A stretch of DNA of 64,000 nt from the human T2T-CHM13v2.0 reference genome, Homo sapiens: contig CP068257.2 in assembly GCA_009914755.4 (NCBI GenBank), positions 44,544,001 to 44,608,000 of the forward strand. Direction: 5' to 3'. A program made the position numbers and the translations under genes. Positions 63,031 through 64,000 of the stretch are shown here, in pieces; the first letter of the stretch is position 1; every line of letters begins with the position of its first letter. The notes below the pieces were generated by a model. The model saw only the letters and a list, made by a program, of their open reading frames with translations. It did no database searches and had not been told where the DNA came from.

Positions 63031-63387
63031 CCTGTGGGGCTGGTCCCTACACCCTGGAAGAAGGGCAGATGGACTCAGAGACAGCGCACAGGGTCACATA
63101 AAATGAGCCATCCCAAAACAAGCCCGTCTCTTTCCTAACAGTTATAATGTTGTTAGGACGGGGAAATGTGCAGAGAGGAGCAGAGCCAGCATCTTCCTGA
63201 TTTTACAGGCAAGGAAACTGAGGCTCAGCCAGTAAATGGTGGGGCTAGGAGGTCAGACCCGATTCAGTGTTCACCAGAGTGCTGCCCAATGCCGCACAGG
63301 CCACAGTCAATGGGAGCTGTCTACATAGCATCATGGACCAAGAGCATTTTCCAAAGTCCAAAAAGAGGGAAGAAAAGCTCCAACTCA

Positions 63388-63577
63388 GCCAGGTGCAGTG
63401 GCTCACGCCTGTAATCCCAGCACTTTGGGAGGCTGGGGGTGGGGGGTGGGGGATCACGAGGTCAGGAGTTCGAGACCAGCCTGACCAACAAGGTGAAAAC
63501 CTGTCTCTACCAAAAATACAAAAATTAGCCAGGCATGGTGGCACATGGCTGTAATCCCAGCTACTCGAGAGGCTGTG
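63388..63577 (+). mobile_element. Truncated Alu abutting the second LTR-like copy
   Basis: CAGCCAGGTGCAGTGGCTCACGCCTGTAATCCCAGCACTTTGGGAGGCTGGGGG... Confidence 0.8.
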
Positions 63578-64000
63578 GGTGGCAAGCCACCTTGGTGCCA
63601 AGGCAAGAGACCGAGGGCACGAGCTGTTCCAGTATAATAAAATATATAAAACAACAAGAGTTATACTAGATCTAGATCATACATATGATTATATATGAAT
63701 ATCATTAATCATTAGTTTGTAGCAATTACTCTTTATTCCAATATTATAATAATCCTCGCTCTACAATCATAACCTAGGAAAAACCAGGCCATACAGAGAT
63801 AGGAGCTGAAGAGACATAGTGAGAAGTGACCAGAAGACAAGAGTGAGAGCCTTCTGTTAAGCCCGGACAAGGCCACTAGAGGGCTCCTTGGTCTAGCGGT
63901 AACGCCAGCATCTGGGAAGAGGCCCGTTGCCAAGCGGACCCAACCGTGGTCTAGCGGTAGCGTCAGTGTCAAGGAAAAACACCCGCTACTTAGCATACCG
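63577..64000 (+). repeat. Second copy of the LTR-like segment (runs off the window edge)
   Basis: tgggtggcaagccaccttggtgccaaggcaagagaccgagggcacgagctgttccagtataataaaat... parallels 62065-62490. Confidence 0.4.

Overview
This window is human genomic DNA, not a prokaryotic locus. It is dense with Alu SINEs (about 30 copies, showing the GGCCGGGCGCGGTGGCTCA...poly-A consensus), several 5'-truncated L1 fragments, and at least ten minisatellites. Two genes were recognised by direct translation of the minus strand. The first is lanosterol synthase (LSS), for which 19 consecutive coding exons (aa 107-732, exons 4-22 of 22) are present with canonical AG/GT boundaries; exons 1-3 lie beyond the 3' edge of the window. 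The second is SPATC1L, represented by its ATG-containing exon and the following large coding exon. The order SPATC1L then LSS, both on the minus strand, matches chr21q22.3 from memory; I have not checked this against a database. No operon-like or defence-system-like architecture is present. The longest ORFs in the six-frame track are translation artefacts of tandem repeats whose unit lengths are multiples of 3 (39, 45 and 117 bp). The points of interest are structural: the minisatellite cluster, a 266-bp inverted duplication between SPATC1L and LSS, a head-to-head inverted Alu pair in an LSS intron, and a duplicated LTR-like segment carrying a tRNA A-box-like motif. Exon coordinates were derived by hand reverse-complementing and should be exact or within 1-2 bp. 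Repeat coordinates are approximate (about ±10 bp).
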